Below, piece by piece: positions 39,240 through 49,387 of a stretch of DNA of 64,000 bases. Within the stretch, counting starts at the first letter, position 1. Each line of letters opens with the position of its first letter. The notes below the pieces were generated by a model, which searched no databases, was not told the DNA's origin, and saw nothing but the letters and a program-made list of their open reading frames with translations. Location: NCBI GenBank assembly GCA_043821645.1, contig JBDRCO010000087.1, positions 32,001-96,000 of the forward strand, given 5' to 3'. The DNA comes from Pseudomonadota bacterium (lineage in GTDB: Bacteria > Myxococcota > JACRCW01 > JAFGSX01). Both the position numbers and the translations under genes were made by a program.

Positions 39240-39929
39240 ATGGTGGTAAAGCGATCTCTCGAACGACCCATCCTGGCGGTGGACGTGGTGCTGCTGGCCC
39301 TGCGTGAGAGGGTGCTGTGCGTGCGCCTGCAGCGGCGCCAGGCCGAGCCCTTCACGGGAGCCTGGGCGCTGCCGGGAGTGGCGGTTCGCGTCGACGAGAC
39401 CCTCAAGGATGCGGCGCGCCGCGCTCTAGCCGAACGCGGAGAGCTGGCCCCCGAGGCGCTGGGCCGGGTTCACCTCGAGCAGCTGAGCACCTTTGACGCC
39501 CTGTTTCGCGACCCCCGGGGGCGCACGGTCAGCGTCGCCTTCCTGGGTCTGACCCGGGACGGGAACGAGGATGGTGTCGGAGCCCGCTGGCGAGCGGTCG
39601 AGGCGCGTGGCACGGGGAGGCTTCCCTTCGACCATGACGCGATCCTCACCGCAGCCCTGGATCGGCTGCGCGGCAAGCTGCGCTACACCAACATCGCGCG
39701 CCAGCTCCTTGATGAGCCTTTCGGTTCCGAGGCCTTGCGCGCCGTGTACCAAGGCGTGCTGGGGCGGGCGCTCAATCGCTCCAATTTTCGCGAGAAGCTG
39801 GTGCGCATCGGCCTCATCGAACGCGTTGGTTTGTCGGAAGGGGCTTCGGGTGCACGCGGTGGGCGGCCCGCGCACCTGTATCGCTTCACCCGCCGTGGCG
39901 TCGAGGCCGAGGACAGGGATTTCGTTTGA
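39240..39929 (+). CDS. NrtR-family (Nudix-related) transcriptional regulator
   Basis: AVDVV, WALPG with degenerate Nudix box (ETLKDAARRALAERG), LEQL.TF...RDPRGR, LPFDH, wHTH with NFR.K and GGRPA.LYRF. Confidence 0.88.
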   Translation: MVVKRSLERPILAVDVVLLALRERVLCVRLQRRQAEPFTGAWALPGVAVRVDETLKDAARRALAERGELAPEALGRVHLEQLSTFDALFRDPRGRTVSVAFLGLTRDGNEDGVGARWRAVEARGTGRLPFDHDAILTAALDRLRGKLRYTNIARQLLDEPFGSEALRAVYQGVLGRALNRSNFREKLVRIGLIERVGLSEGASGARGGRPAHLYRFTRRGVEAEDRDFV

Positions 39930-40003
39930 CGCTACGCGTTGCCCGACCGCTTCGTGTCGGTTAACGTGCGCCGCCGTCACGTGAATGGCACGGAGGATCA
40001 GCT

Positions 40004-41578
40004 GTGAGCGACACCGCACAGGACCAGGACGTTCGTCAGGGCCAGCTCGAGCGCCTGCGCAGCACCCATGCCCAGGCCGAGGCGGGGGGTGGCCAGGACC
40101 GCATCCGTAAACAGCACGAGGTCGGCAAGCTGACCGCGCGGGAGCGCATCGACCTCCTGCTTGACGCCAAGAGCTTCGTCGAGCTCGACAAGTTCAAGAC
40201 CCATCGCTGCACCGACTTCGGCATGCAGGACAAGAAGATCTTTGGCGACGGAGTCGTCACCGGGCACGGCCTGGTCGACGGACGGCGCGTGTTCGTCTTC
40301 GCCCAGGACTTCACCGTCTTTGGTGGCTCGCTGTCCGGCGCCTTTGCCGAGAAGATCTGCAAGGTGATGGACCTGGCCATGAAGGTTGGCGCCCCGGTCA
40401 TCGGCCTCAACGACTCGGGCGGTGCGCGCATCCAGGAGGGCGTGGTCAGCCTCGGAGGGTACGCCGACATCTTCCTGCGCAACACCCGGGCTTCGGGCGT
40501 GGTGCCGCAAATCTCGGGTGTGTTCGGACCCTGTGCCGGAGGCGCGGTGTACAGCCCCGCCATCACCGACTTCATCGTGATGGTCAAGGACACCAGCTAC
40601 ATGTTCATCACCGGTCCCGACGTCATCAAGACCGTGACCCACGAGGAAGTGAGCAAGGAAGCGCTGGGTGGCGCCATGACCCACAACACCAAGAGCGGTG
40701 TCGCCCACTTTGCTGCGGAGGGCGAGGCCCAGGCCATCAAAGTGATCCGCGAGCTGCTGAGCTACTTGCCCCTGAACAACAGCGAGGACCCGCCGCGCAT
40801 CCCCTGCAGCGACCCCGTGGACAGGCGCGACGACAGTCTCAAGACCGCGGTGCCCACCAACCCCAACAAGCCCTACGACATCCGCACCGTGGTCAAGGCC
40901 GCGCTCGACGAGCACCTGTTCTTCGAGGTGCACGAGCACTTCGCCAAGAACATCGTGGTCGGCTTCGGCCGCCTGCAGGGCCGCAGCGTCGGCGTGGTGG
41001 CCAACAACCCGGGCTTCCTGGCCGGCTGCCTGGACATCGATGCCAGCGTCAAGGGTGCGCGCTTCGTCCGTTTCTGCGACGCCTTCAACATCCCTCTCAT
41101 CACTTTCGTCGACGTTCCCGGCTTCTTGCCCGGCACAGATCAGGAGTATGGCGGCATCATCAAGCATGGCGCCAAGCTGCTGTACGCCTTCGCCGAGGCC
41201 ACGGTGCCCAAGATCACGGTGATCACGCGCAAGGCCTACGGTGGGGCCTATGACGTCATGGCCTCGAAGCACATCCTGGCCGACGTCAATCTGGCCTTCC
41301 CCACGTCCGAGATCGCAGTCATGGGCCCGGACGGCGCGGTCAACATCGTGTTCCGCCGGGAGCTGGATGGCGCCGCCGATGCGGTGGCCGAGAAGGCGCG
41401 ACTGGTCCAGGACTATCGCGAGACCTTTGCCAATCCTTACAAGGCGGCCGAGCTGGGCTACATCGACGCGGTCATCGAACCACAGGACCTGCGTCCATCG
41501 CTGTGCGCGGCCCTCGACATGCTGGCCAACAAGCGCGAGGACCTGCCGCCCAAGAAGCACGGCAACATTCCCCTGTGA
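40004..41578 (+). CDS. pccB: Acyl-CoA (propionyl/acetyl-CoA) carboxylase beta (carboxyltransferase) subunit
   Basis: [64 protein letters not shown]. Confidence 0.93.
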   Translation: MSDTAQDQDVRQGQLERLRSTHAQAEAGGGQDRIRKQHEVGKLTARERIDLLLDAKSFVELDKFKTHRCTDFGMQDKKIFGDGVVTGHGLVDGRRVFVFAQDFTVFGGSLSGAFAEKICKVMDLAMKVGAPVIGLNDSGGARIQEGVVSLGGYADIFLRNTRASGVVPQISGVFGPCAGGAVYSPAITDFIVMVKDTSYMFITGPDVIKTVTHEEVSKEALGGAMTHNTKSGVAHFAAEGEAQAIKVIRELLSYLPLNNSEDPPRIPCSDPVDRRDDSLKTAVPTNPNKPYDIRTVVKAALDEHLFFEVHEHFAKNIVVGFGRLQGRSVGVVANNPGFLAGCLDIDASVKGARFVRFCDAFNIPLITFVDVPGFLPGTDQEYGGIIKHGAKLLYAFAEATVPKITVITRKAYGGAYDVMASKHILADVNLAFPTSEIAVMGPDGAVNIVFRRELDGAADAVAEKARLVQDYRETFANPYKAAELGYIDAVIEPQDLRPSLCAALDMLANKREDLPPKKHGNIPL

Positions 41579-41626
41579 GCGACGCCGCCCAGCGCGATCG
41601 GTGCCGTCGTCCTCGCGCTGTCGCGA

Positions 41627-42148
41627 TCAGCTGACCCCGGCGCTCAGCACCACGTCCGGAAACAGCTCGCGGTGATCCCTGGTCTCGCGGCTGGCATCCA
41701 TGGTGGCCACCACCACCTCGTAGGGGATGTCGGGCTCGGCGGCGATGATCAGACGCGTCTCTTCGGGAAAGGCGTCCTTGATCGTGGCCAGGCGCTGGCC
41801 CAGGGCTGCCCAGTCGTAGTCGCCGCTCGCCGTCCGCGGCACCGTGGGCTGACGTGGCGAGGGACTGCCCTGTTCCGGTCCCAGCGTGGCGCCGGAACTG
41901 GCGAGGGTGAAGCCTCCATCGCTGATGAGCACGGTCAGGCGAAGCTCGGGCGGGGTGGGCTGCGCTGGGCGCGCCTCGCGATCAGGCCCGAGCTGCGGAG
42001 CCGAGACATTGATCACCGTGATCTCGACGAAGGCCGCGGTGATCAGGATGGCCGGGATGAGCATGAGCACCAGGTTCATGATGGGGATGAGGTTCAGCTC
42101 GCTGTCGGGCTCGGCAGCACGGTGCCGACGCTGGGACGGTCTGGCCAT
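41627..42148 (-). CDS. ExbD/TolR family biopolymer transport protein
   Basis: ELNLIPIMNL TM segment; IIAAEPDIPYEVVVATMDASR...LFPDVVLS; AAGGAG RBS. Confidence 0.85.
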   Translation of the reverse strand: MARPSQRRHRAAEPDSELNLIPIMNLVLMLIPAILITAAFVEITVINVSAPQLGPDREARPAQPTPPELRLTVLISDGGFTLASSGATLGPEQGSPSPRQPTVPRTASGDYDWAALGQRLATIKDAFPEETRLIIAAEPDIPYEVVVATMDASRETRDHRELFPDVVLSAGVS

Positions 42149-42307
42149 GGCAGTCTCCTTGGCAAGCGGTCTACAACATGGACAGACGAGCAGGCCCTCG
42201 GGTTCCCGGGCCGCTCGATCTCCCGCCAGGGCGACGCGGTCATTGAGCAGTGGTGGCCGTGGCTTTCATTCTTTGATAAGCGCTGACGTCGCCATCAGGA
42301 GGTCGCC

Positions 42308-42634
42308 GTGCTGCCCGGCCCCATCGACTGGGAGAACCCACCCTCGACGCGCGTTCGCGCGCGCAACTCGGGCCCGCGCCTGGGTGTGGACGCAGTGGTG
42401 TTCGTGGCCTGCAGCACCATCCTGTGGATCCTGGTGGGAGCGCTGGTCGGCACCGATGGGATCAGCGCCAGCGGTGTGCGTCGCTACCTGGTCGAGGGCC
42501 TGGGGGGCTCGACCTTCTTGCTATGGGGCGTCACCGCCGTGGTGGCCCTGGCAGCTCTGTATGCTCTCATCGATGCCCTGCGCGCCCTGGCCGAGCAGGG
42601 GCGTGCGCAGTCCCGGACAGGAGGCCATTCGTGA
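42308..42634 (+). CDS. Small two-TM hypothetical membrane protein
   Basis: AGGAGG RBS before GTG; two hydrophobic helices; GTGA overlap with the next gene. Confidence 0.65.
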   Translation: MLPGPIDWENPPSTRVRARNSGPRLGVDAVVFVACSTILWILVGALVGTDGISASGVRRYLVEGLGGSTFLLWGVTAVVALAALYALIDALRALAEQGRAQSRTGGHS

Positions 42635-44154
42635 AGCAGCCCCAACCCCCCTTTCGCAAGGTGCTCATCGCCAACCGCGGCGAGATCGCGGTGCGGGTCA
42701 TGCGCAGCTGTCGTGAGCGCGGCGTCAAGACCGTGGCCGTTTACAGCGACGCCGACCGCGCGGCCCTGCACGTGCGCTTTGCCGACGAGGCCTATCACAT
42801 CGGTCCATCGCCCAGCCGTGACAGCTACCTGGTGGCCGAGCGCATCCTCGACGTGGCCAAGAAAAGCGGTGCCCAGGCGATACACCCGGGCTACGGTTTT
42901 CTGTCCGAGAATGCGGGCTTTGCCCAGGCTGTTGCTGACGCCGGGCTGGTGTTCATCGGCCCCCCCCCGGCCGCCATCGAGGCCATTGGCCACAAGACCC
43001 GGGCGCGGGAGCTGATGGACAAGGCCAACGTGCCCGTGGTGCCGGGCACCACCAGCCCCATTGCCGACGTGGCAGAAGCTCTGAAGATCGCCCGGGACAT
43101 AGGCTTCCCGGTGATGCTCAAGGCAGCAGCAGGTGGCGGCGGCAAGGGCATGCGCCGCATTGACAAGGAAGAGAAGTTCAACAAGGCCTTCGAGGCGGCC
43201 AGCCGTGAGGCCGTCAGCTCCTTTGGCGACGGAGCGGTCTACCTCGAGAAGTTCCTCGAGAAGCCGCGCCACGTCGAGATCCAGATCTTTGCCGATGGCC
43301 ACGGCAACGCGGTGCACCTGTTCGAGCGCGAGTGCTCGGTGCAGCGTCGGCACCAGAAGATCATCGAGGAGTCGCCCTCGTGCGTGGTCGACCCGGAGAT
43401 GCGCCGGCGCATGGGTGAGGTGGCGGTGCAGGCGGCCCGGGCCGTGGGCTACGTCAACGCAGGGACGGTCGAGTTCCTGGTCGACGCGCACCGACACTTC
43501 TACTTTCTCGAGATGAACACCCGGCTGCAAGTCGAGCATCCGGTGACCGAGTGGATCACCGGCCTCGACCTGGTCAGCCTGCAGCTCGACGTGGCAGCGG
43601 GACTGCCCCTGCCCCTGGAACAGATCCCGACCGCGCCGCGGGGACACGCCATCGAGGCCCGCATCTACGCCGAGGACCCCTATCGCCAGTTCTTGCCGCA
43701 GCCGGGTCGTATCGACCACCTGCGGGTGCCCACGGGCCCCTTCGTTCGCGACGACAGCGGTGTGTACCCGGGCAGCGAGGTCACGCCTTTCTACGACCCC
43801 ATGATCGCCAAGCTCAGCGTGTGGGGCACCACCCGCGACCAGGCCATCGCGCGCCTGGACAGGGCTCTCGAGGAATACACGGTCAAGGGTCTGACCACCA
43901 ACATCGCCTTCTTGCGCCAGGTGCTGGCCAATGAGGTTTTTCGCAGCGGCGAGTACGACACCGGCCTCATCGAACAGCACATGGACCTGATCCGCCCTTC
44001 TGTCGACGAGGCGAAACGCGACGTGGCCCTGCTGGCCGCGGCACTGTTCGCGCACAACGAGGCCGCGCGCGTGGCGTTGCCGCAGGCGGCGCAGAGCAGC
44101 GGTCGCAGCACCTGGCGCCGCGTGACCGCCATGCACCGCAACACGAGATGGTGA
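42631..44154 (+). CDS. accC: Biotin carboxylase subunit
   Basis: KVLIANRGEIA, IHPGYGFLSEN, GGGGKGMR, ERECSVQRRHQK, EMNTRLQVEH, YDPMIAKL; start GTG 42631 with GGAGG RBS. Confidence 0.95.
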   Translation: MKQPQPPFRKVLIANRGEIAVRVMRSCRERGVKTVAVYSDADRAALHVRFADEAYHIGPSPSRDSYLVAERILDVAKKSGAQAIHPGYGFLSENAGFAQAVADAGLVFIGPPPAAIEAIGHKTRARELMDKANVPVVPGTTSPIADVAEALKIARDIGFPVMLKAAAGGGGKGMRRIDKEEKFNKAFEAASREAVSSFGDGAVYLEKFLEKPRHVEIQIFADGHGNAVHLFERECSVQRRHQKIIEESPSCVVDPEMRRRMGEVAVQAARAVGYVNAGTVEFLVDAHRHFYFLEMNTRLQVEHPVTEWITGLDLVSLQLDVAAGLPLPLEQIPTAPRGHAIEARIYAEDPYRQFLPQPGRIDHLRVPTGPFVRDDSGVYPGSEVTPFYDPMIAKLSVWGTTRDQAIARLDRALEEYTVKGLTTNIAFLRQVLANEVFRSGEYDTGLIEQHMDLIRPSVDEAKRDVALLAAALFAHNEAARVALPQAAQSSGRSTWRRVTAMHRNTRW

Positions 44155-44158
44155 ACAC

Positions 44159-44698
44159 ATGACAGCGACGACCTACTACGTCTCCGCTCTGGGCGAGGAG
44201 CACGCCATCGCCCTCACGCCCCAGGATGACGGCAGCTACGTGATGACCCTGGATGGCCGCGAGCGCCGCATCGATGCCCGCGCCGTGTCCGGCGATCTGC
44301 TGTCCATGCTCATCGACGGCGTCAGCTACGACGTGGACCTCGAGCGAGGCAAGCCAAGAGGCGCCGATGATCTCGCCACCCACGTCAACGTGCGCGTGCA
44401 CGGCGCGGTGGTGGCGGCCGAGGTGCTCGACGCCCGTCGCCATGGCCTGCGCGAGCTGGCCGGACAGAGCCAGAGCAAGGGTGGTCGGCAGGAGGTGTGC
44501 GCGCCCATGCCGGGCAAGGTGGTCAAGATCCTCGTCGACAAGGGTGCGACAGTGAAGGCCGGCCAGGGGCTCATCGTGGTCGAGGCCATGAAGATGGAAA
44601 ACGAGATCCTGAGCTCTGGCGACGGCACGGTCATCGAGGTGCGCGCGCAGGCCGGCGTGGCCGTGGAGAGTGGCGCGGTGCTGGTGGTCGTGGAGTAA
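44159..44698 (+). CDS. Biotin carboxyl carrier (biotin/lipoyl domain) subunit
   Basis: APMPGKVVK...VEAMKMENE biotinylation motif. Confidence 0.93.
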   Translation: MTATTYYVSALGEEHAIALTPQDDGSYVMTLDGRERRIDARAVSGDLLSMLIDGVSYDVDLERGKPRGADDLATHVNVRVHGAVVAAEVLDARRHGLRELAGQSQSKGGRQEVCAPMPGKVVKILVDKGATVKAGQGLIVVEAMKMENEILSSGDGTVIEVRAQAGVAVESGAVLVVVE

Positions 44699-44705
44699 CG
44701 CGCGC

Positions 44706-47700
44706 TCAGGTTCCCCCACCGAGGCAGGCGAGGTCCCAGCGTCCGGGATCCTCGACGACGGCGCCACCACCATCCTGTATCCAGACGAACACGCTGCGAG
44801 GTCCGGGGGTGGTGTCGCCGAACACGTGGCTGGTCGATCTCGAGGCGGACCACCCGGGATCGAGTGTGGTCGGTGGGGGCCATGCCGTCTCGTTGACCAG
44901 CCAGCTTGCGGCCCCCTCGTCCCAGTCCACGGCCAGGTCCACGGTGTCGCCCGAGAATTCCAGCTCGCTGCCCGTGCTCGGGTCTGCGGCAAAGACCCGC
45001 GGGCCGCCGTGGTGCCGGAACTCGAACACCCCGTCGGTCTCGACCCAGGGATCGCCATGCTGGGTGTAGCCGCCCACCAGCACCACGCTGCGTCGCACCG
45101 GATCGCGGATCAGGCCGAACATGCCCCGGTCGGCCAGGTTGGCGGCGTCGGAGCGCAGGCGCTGGCCCGTGTCCAGGTCGAGCAGAAAGGTGCGCTGGGT
45201 CTGACCAGCGGTCGGCCCGATGTAGCTTCCGTACTGGACGATGTGGCCGCTGGCGTCATCGCGGGCAGCGGACACATCCTGGAAGTCGCTCACCCCGGTC
45301 ACGGCGACGTGCGGGCTGGTGGTGACCGCCGCGGCATCGAAGTCGAACAGGGCGCTTCTCGTCGAGAACAGAGGGCCGGTGGCGCCCAGGGCCGGTAACA
45401 GGCTCCCCCTGCCCTGGGTGTAGCCCGTGAAGGCCGAGACCTGCGTCCAGGTGGCGGTGGCCAGGTCGAAGGCCATGGGATCGTGCACGCTGTCCGCGGT
45501 CCAGATGTAGTAACGGCCCACGATCCATCGATCTCCCGCGGCGTCGTGCAGGCTGGGTGCGAAGGTCCGCTTGGGTGCGGATCCCGTCGTGGTCACCCGG
45601 GTCCAGTCCAGGGTGGCCAGGTCCAGGGCCCAGGTGTCCTGCGGGTACTGCTGGGTCCCCGGGTTGTAGAACCCTCCCGTGACGACGAGCCTGTCCCGGG
45701 CCTCGTCGTAAAGGGCCATGGCGCCGCCGCGGCCGTGGGGCACGGTGTCGGTGGCCGCCGGCAGCAGCATCCAGGTGTTGGCGACGGAGTCGTAGGCGTG
45801 CACACCGCTTTGGTAGTTGCTGCTGTAAAAGCCGCCATACAGGAGCAGCTGACCACGGCTGCTGTCGTAGGCCAGGGCCGAGCTGTAGCCGACCCGCGTG
45901 GGGAGCTTGGCCAGGGCATGCCAGCGCGCCGCCGTGCGCTGGAAGAAGAAGTGCGTCTGCACCCAGTCCGAGGTGTTGGGCGGCGTCCAGGCGTCCTGGC
46001 CTCGGATGCAGACGGTGTACAGGCGACCCGGCGTCAGGACGTCCGGATCAAAAAGGGAACTGTCGCCGGTCAGGCCATCCACGCTGAAGAGATCACCTGT
46101 GCAGTCGCCGTCGGCGGACGAGATGCGAAGATCGACCGTCACGGGCAGGGACAGATCGTTGGCGGTCCAGGTGACCTGTGGCAACGCTGCCGAGACCACC
46201 GCGTCTTTGGTGGCGATGCCGAAGCCCATTCCGGGTGGTGACACATCGCGGTAGAACACGGTGGCCTGTCCGGCCTGGGACAGCTGACCGGCGGCATCCA
46301 TCACCCAGGTGTACAGCGTCACGTCGCCGGGAGGCACCTGCAGGAAGATGTTCTGCACGGGAGCCAGGGTCGGGGGGAATACCTGTGGATCGGGCGGCGC
46401 GGGGTTGGTGCTGACGAAAAAGCCCTCGATTCCCTCGAGGGGTGCCTCGAGGGCCACGCTGACCTGACCGGTCTCGCTCAGCCCCGGCTGCAGTTGGCCG
46501 AGAGCGTCGACACCGTAGACCGTGACCTCGGGCGCTGGGGGTGGATCAGGCAGGTACCAGATCGATGCCACGCCGGGCACGGGGCCCACGCCGCCATTGG
46601 CGTAGCGCAACCACAGGCTCCGTCGCTTGAGTCCGGCGGCACCCTGGAGAGTGGTCGAGGTGGGCGGCGTCGGTGACCAGCGCGAGTCTGTTGGTTCCGG
46701 CCGGAGCTCGTCGTTGCTCAACAGCCAGGCCGTGGCTTCCGCGTCGCCGGACACCCTGACCATCACCTCGAGAACGGGGGTGCCGTCCGCCGAGCCGCTC
46801 GTGGCATCGAGGAGCGTCAGCACCGGCCAGGCGTCGGGCTCGAGGACCAGGCCGGCGGTGCCTCCCTCGACGTCATCGCCGGCGGCGGTCCAGTAGGCGG
46901 CGCGCGGGGCCTGCCACAGGCCGGTGCGCGCGTACGGAGTGTGGAAGGATGTTCTGCTGGACGGTTGCCAGGCATCCCATTGCACGTTGAGGGGGTTCCA
47001 GGTCCGGAACTCGCCCATGTGGCCACCGATGAGAAGCGGGACATCGAGGGCCGGGAACGCGTGAATCACGCTGTTCCCTGGCGTGCTGGCACCGGTGGCG
47101 ACCCAGCGCTCCTGGGCGGCGTCGTAAAGTGCCGTCGAAGGCACCCATTTGTCGTCGAGGCCCAGATGCAGGTAGCTGCTCGACCCGGTGATGCGATGCA
47201 GGACCTCCGTGATGCCGATGGCCGCGAGCGTGCTGTCCACACCGAGTCCGTGCAGCAGCGCAGGCGAAACCGATCGCTCCAGCGCCAGCATCCGGGTCTC
47301 CCGGGGCTGCAGCGTCGAGCGCGCCACCAGCACGCGATCGGCCTCCGGGTCCGAAGCCAGTGTCGAGCCGCTGCTTCCGTCGTTCGTCGCACCGCCATCG
47401 GTGGGCTGCCCAGCGTCGAAACCTGTGCTCTGCGTCGGGAGCGGGTTCCAGGTCCGATTGCCGGGGTCCACGATGGCGAGGTAACGGACCTCAGTCCCCT
47501 CGCCAGTCACGCCGCCGGAGCCTGATATGAGAGCCGCGACCACGTCGCCATGCACGGGATCGACGGCCAGATCCTCGACGGAGGCCTGCTGGATACTCGC
47601 CTCGGACCCCGTAGTGCGACGCAGGCTCCAGCGCTCGCTGTGGAGGTCGAAGATCCAGTGGTAGCCCAGGTCATGGCGACCCCAGCTGTCCGCGCCGTAG

Positions 47701-48953
47701 GGGATCACCAGCGCGGCCGCGACGGTGTCACCGAACAGGGCAAAGCGTGAGGAATAGCCCACCGCAGGACTCGGGCGACCCACGCGCAGGCGCTGGCGCA
47801 GCCCGCGCACCGGCAGGCGCGAGGGTGTGCTCCAGTCCGAGGTCGGGTGCACGCCGTCGCTGGCGCGCACACACCAGAACACCGTGTTGCCCAGGCCCAG
47901 GCCCGCGTCGATGCCCACCTGTGTCCAGGTCTCGCCGAGGCTGTTCACCAGGAGCACGTCGCCGCTGCAATCGGGACCCGAGGACAGGGCGAGCTCGAAG
48001 TTCGCGGGCGCCGAGCCCGAGCCTGCCCAGCTCCAGCGCAGGGTGGGTGTGGTCGTGCTCACGGGCCAGCTGTCCGGGGGATCCAGCGGTGTCGGGGCAT
48101 CGAGCGGTGCCAGCGTGCACACACCGGGGTCTGCCTCGACATGATCCGGACAGCACCCGCTGGCCACACACAGGCCGCAGCCGTCGTCATGAAAACTCTG
48201 GGCGCAGGTTCCGACTGGAACGCAGGTATCGCCCCCGCCGTCGTGGAAGCCGGCGATGCAGGCTCCGTCGGGCAGACAGGATCCATCGCCGCCGTCGTGG
48301 TAGCCGGCGACGCAGGTGCCCTCGGGCATGCAGGCTCCGTCGCCGCCGTCGTGGTAGCTCGCGATGCAGGTTCCGTCGGGCAGGCAGGAGTTGTCGCCAC
48401 CGTCATGGTAGCCGGCGATGCAGGTTCCGTCGGGCAGGCAGGCGCCATCGCCGCCGTCGTGGTATCCGCTGAGGCAGGTTCCATCAGGGAGGCAGCTGCC
48501 GTCACCACCGTCGTGGAAGCCCAGGGCGCACGTGCCGACGGGAACACAGGTCCCGTCGCCGCCATCGTGGTGTGTGACCGGACAGCCCGCGTCCTCGACG
48601 GTGGCGTCGTTCGCATCGTCTCTCGCGCCGTCGCGGAGGTCCTCGGAAGCGGCGTCCAGGGCGATGACCGCGTCCGCTGCCGCGGCATCTGCTCCATCGA
48701 AGGGACCCGTGTCCATCACCTGGCCCGTGTCGTCCAGGCTCTCCAGATCGAGCGGGGTCGTTCGATCGGTGGTTGTCCGGTCCCCGATCGCGGCATCCAG
48801 GGTCACCGTCGATGCGTCGAGATGAGGCTGCGTGACCGCGGCGTCCGGCACCTCGGGCACGGGTCTGTGCTGGAAACCGCTGCGTGTGCAGGAGGAGGTG
48901 AGGATGGCAGGAATGGTGAGCCACACCAGGTGGCATGAAATCCTACAGCGCAT
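44706..48953 (-). CDS. Large lipoprotein (1415 aa): HDGGDG Cys repeats, Ig/FN3-like domains and Kelch-like beta-propeller
   Basis: ILTSSC lipobox; D/A linker; 18-aa repeats; repeated TLYTWVMDAAG / SVFVWIQDGGG Ig-like motifs; YDSSRGQLLLYGG, YDEARDRLVVTGG, DTWALDL Kelch-like blades. Confidence 0.82.
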   Translation of the reverse strand: MRCRISCHLVWLTIPAILTSSCTRSGFQHRPVPEVPDAAVTQPHLDASTVTLDAAIGDRTTTDRTTPLDLESLDDTGQVMDTGPFDGADAAAADAVIALDAASEDLRDGARDDANDATVEDAGCPVTHHDGGDGTCVPVGTCALGFHDGGDGSCLPDGTCLSGYHDGGDGACLPDGTCIAGYHDGGDNSCLPDGTCIASYHDGGDGACMPEGTCVAGYHDGGDGSCLPDGACIAGFHDGGGDTCVPVGTCAQSFHDDGCGLCVASGCCPDHVEADPGVCTLAPLDAPTPLDPPDSWPVSTTTPTLRWSWAGSGSAPANFELALSSGPDCSGDVLLVNSLGETWTQVGIDAGLGLGNTVFWCVRASDGVHPTSDWSTPSRLPVRGLRQRLRVGRPSPAVGYSSRFALFGDTVAAALVIPYGADSWGRHDLGYHWIFDLHSERWSLRRTTGSEASIQQASVEDLAVDPVHGDVVAALISGSGGVTGEGTEVRYLAIVDPGNRTWNPLPTQSTGFDAGQPTDGGATNDGSSGSTLASDPEADRVLVARSTLQPRETRMLALERSVSPALLHGLGVDSTLAAIGITEVLHRITGSSSYLHLGLDDKWVPSTALYDAAQERWVATGASTPGNSVIHAFPALDVPLLIGGHMGEFRTWNPLNVQWDAWQPSSRTSFHTPYARTGLWQAPRAAYWTAAGDDVEGGTAGLVLEPDAWPVLTLLDATSGSADGTPVLEVMVRVSGDAEATAWLLSNDELRPEPTDSRWSPTPPTSTTLQGAAGLKRRSLWLRYANGGVGPVPGVASIWYLPDPPPAPEVTVYGVDALGQLQPGLSETGQVSVALEAPLEGIEGFFVSTNPAPPDPQVFPPTLAPVQNIFLQVPPGDVTLYTWVMDAAGQLSQAGQATVFYRDVSPPGMGFGIATKDAVVSAALPQVTWTANDLSLPVTVDLRISSADGDCTGDLFSVDGLTGDSSLFDPDVLTPGRLYTVCIRGQDAWTPPNTSDWVQTHFFFQRTAARWHALAKLPTRVGYSSALAYDSSRGQLLLYGGFYSSNYQSGVHAYDSVANTWMLLPAATDTVPHGRGGAMALYDEARDRLVVTGGFYNPGTQQYPQDTWALDLATLDWTRVTTTGSAPKRTFAPSLHDAAGDRWIVGRYYIWTADSVHDPMAFDLATATWTQVSAFTGYTQGRGSLLPALGATGPLFSTRSALFDFDAAAVTTSPHVAVTGVSDFQDVSAARDDASGHIVQYGSYIGPTAGQTQRTFLLDLDTGQRLRSDAANLADRGMFGLIRDPVRRSVVLVGGYTQHGDPWVETDGVFEFRHHGGPRVFAADPSTGSELEFSGDTVDLAVDWDEGAASWLVNETAWPPPTTLDPGWSASRSTSHVFGDTTPGPRSVFVWIQDGGGAVVEDPGRWDLACLGGGT
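48156..48584 (-). repeat. Coding tandem repeat, 54-nt period, 8 units (C-x-x-G-Y/F-H-D-G-G-D-G-x-C-x-P-x-G-T)
   Basis: First Cys codons at 48584 and 48206 are exactly 7 x 54 nt apart; the last unit is degenerate. Confidence 0.9.
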
Positions 48954-49089
48954 CTACACTCCGTCGAGACATTCATGTTACCACAGAGAAGGTCCAGGAA
49001 CCCGTGGCCGGGCAGCGTTTGTCGCTCGCGAACCGGCTTGTTTTTTTTCAAAGGCGGACAGCCCGGAGGCTGTCCTGGGAGGGCTGGGC

Positions 49090-49362
49090 ATGACGATACA
49101 GGTGGTGAAAAAGGCCGGCGACAAGCTTCTGGCGGATCGGGATGTGCGTGCGTGGCCCATCTGGACCAAGGAGGTCAGCACCTTTCCCTGGACCTACGAC
49201 GAGGCCGAGACCTGCTACTTTCTCGAGGGCGAGGTGATCGTCACCCCCGACGGGGAAGAGCCTGTGGCCATGGGCCAGGGCGACCTGGTGACTTTTCCCG
49301 CGGGCATGCGCTGCACCTGGGAGATCCGGAAGGCGGTGCGCAAGCACTACTGCTTCGGCTGA
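49090..49362 (+). CDS. Cupin domain protein (cupin_3 / DUF861 type)
   Basis: WPIW.KE.S.FPW.YD..ETCYFLEG.V.V...GDLV.FP.G..CTW.I..VRKHY; GGAGG RBS. Confidence 0.9.
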   Translation: MTIQVVKKAGDKLLADRDVRAWPIWTKEVSTFPWTYDEAETCYFLEGEVIVTPDGEEPVAMGQGDLVTFPAGMRCTWEIRKAVRKHYCFG

Positions 49363-49387
49363 GCTTCAGCCCCGCGAGGGGCGCGGA

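Noticed and set aside
42960-42968. C9 run in accC (also G9 at 59965-59973) as phase-variation tracts
   Set aside because: In frame and encoding ordinary motifs (FIGPPP; WGGAL); accC is an unlikely phase-variable gene.
48156-48584. Regular repeats as a CRISPR array
   Set aside because: Period is 18 codons with synonymous variation inside an ORF; no unique spacers or cas genes.
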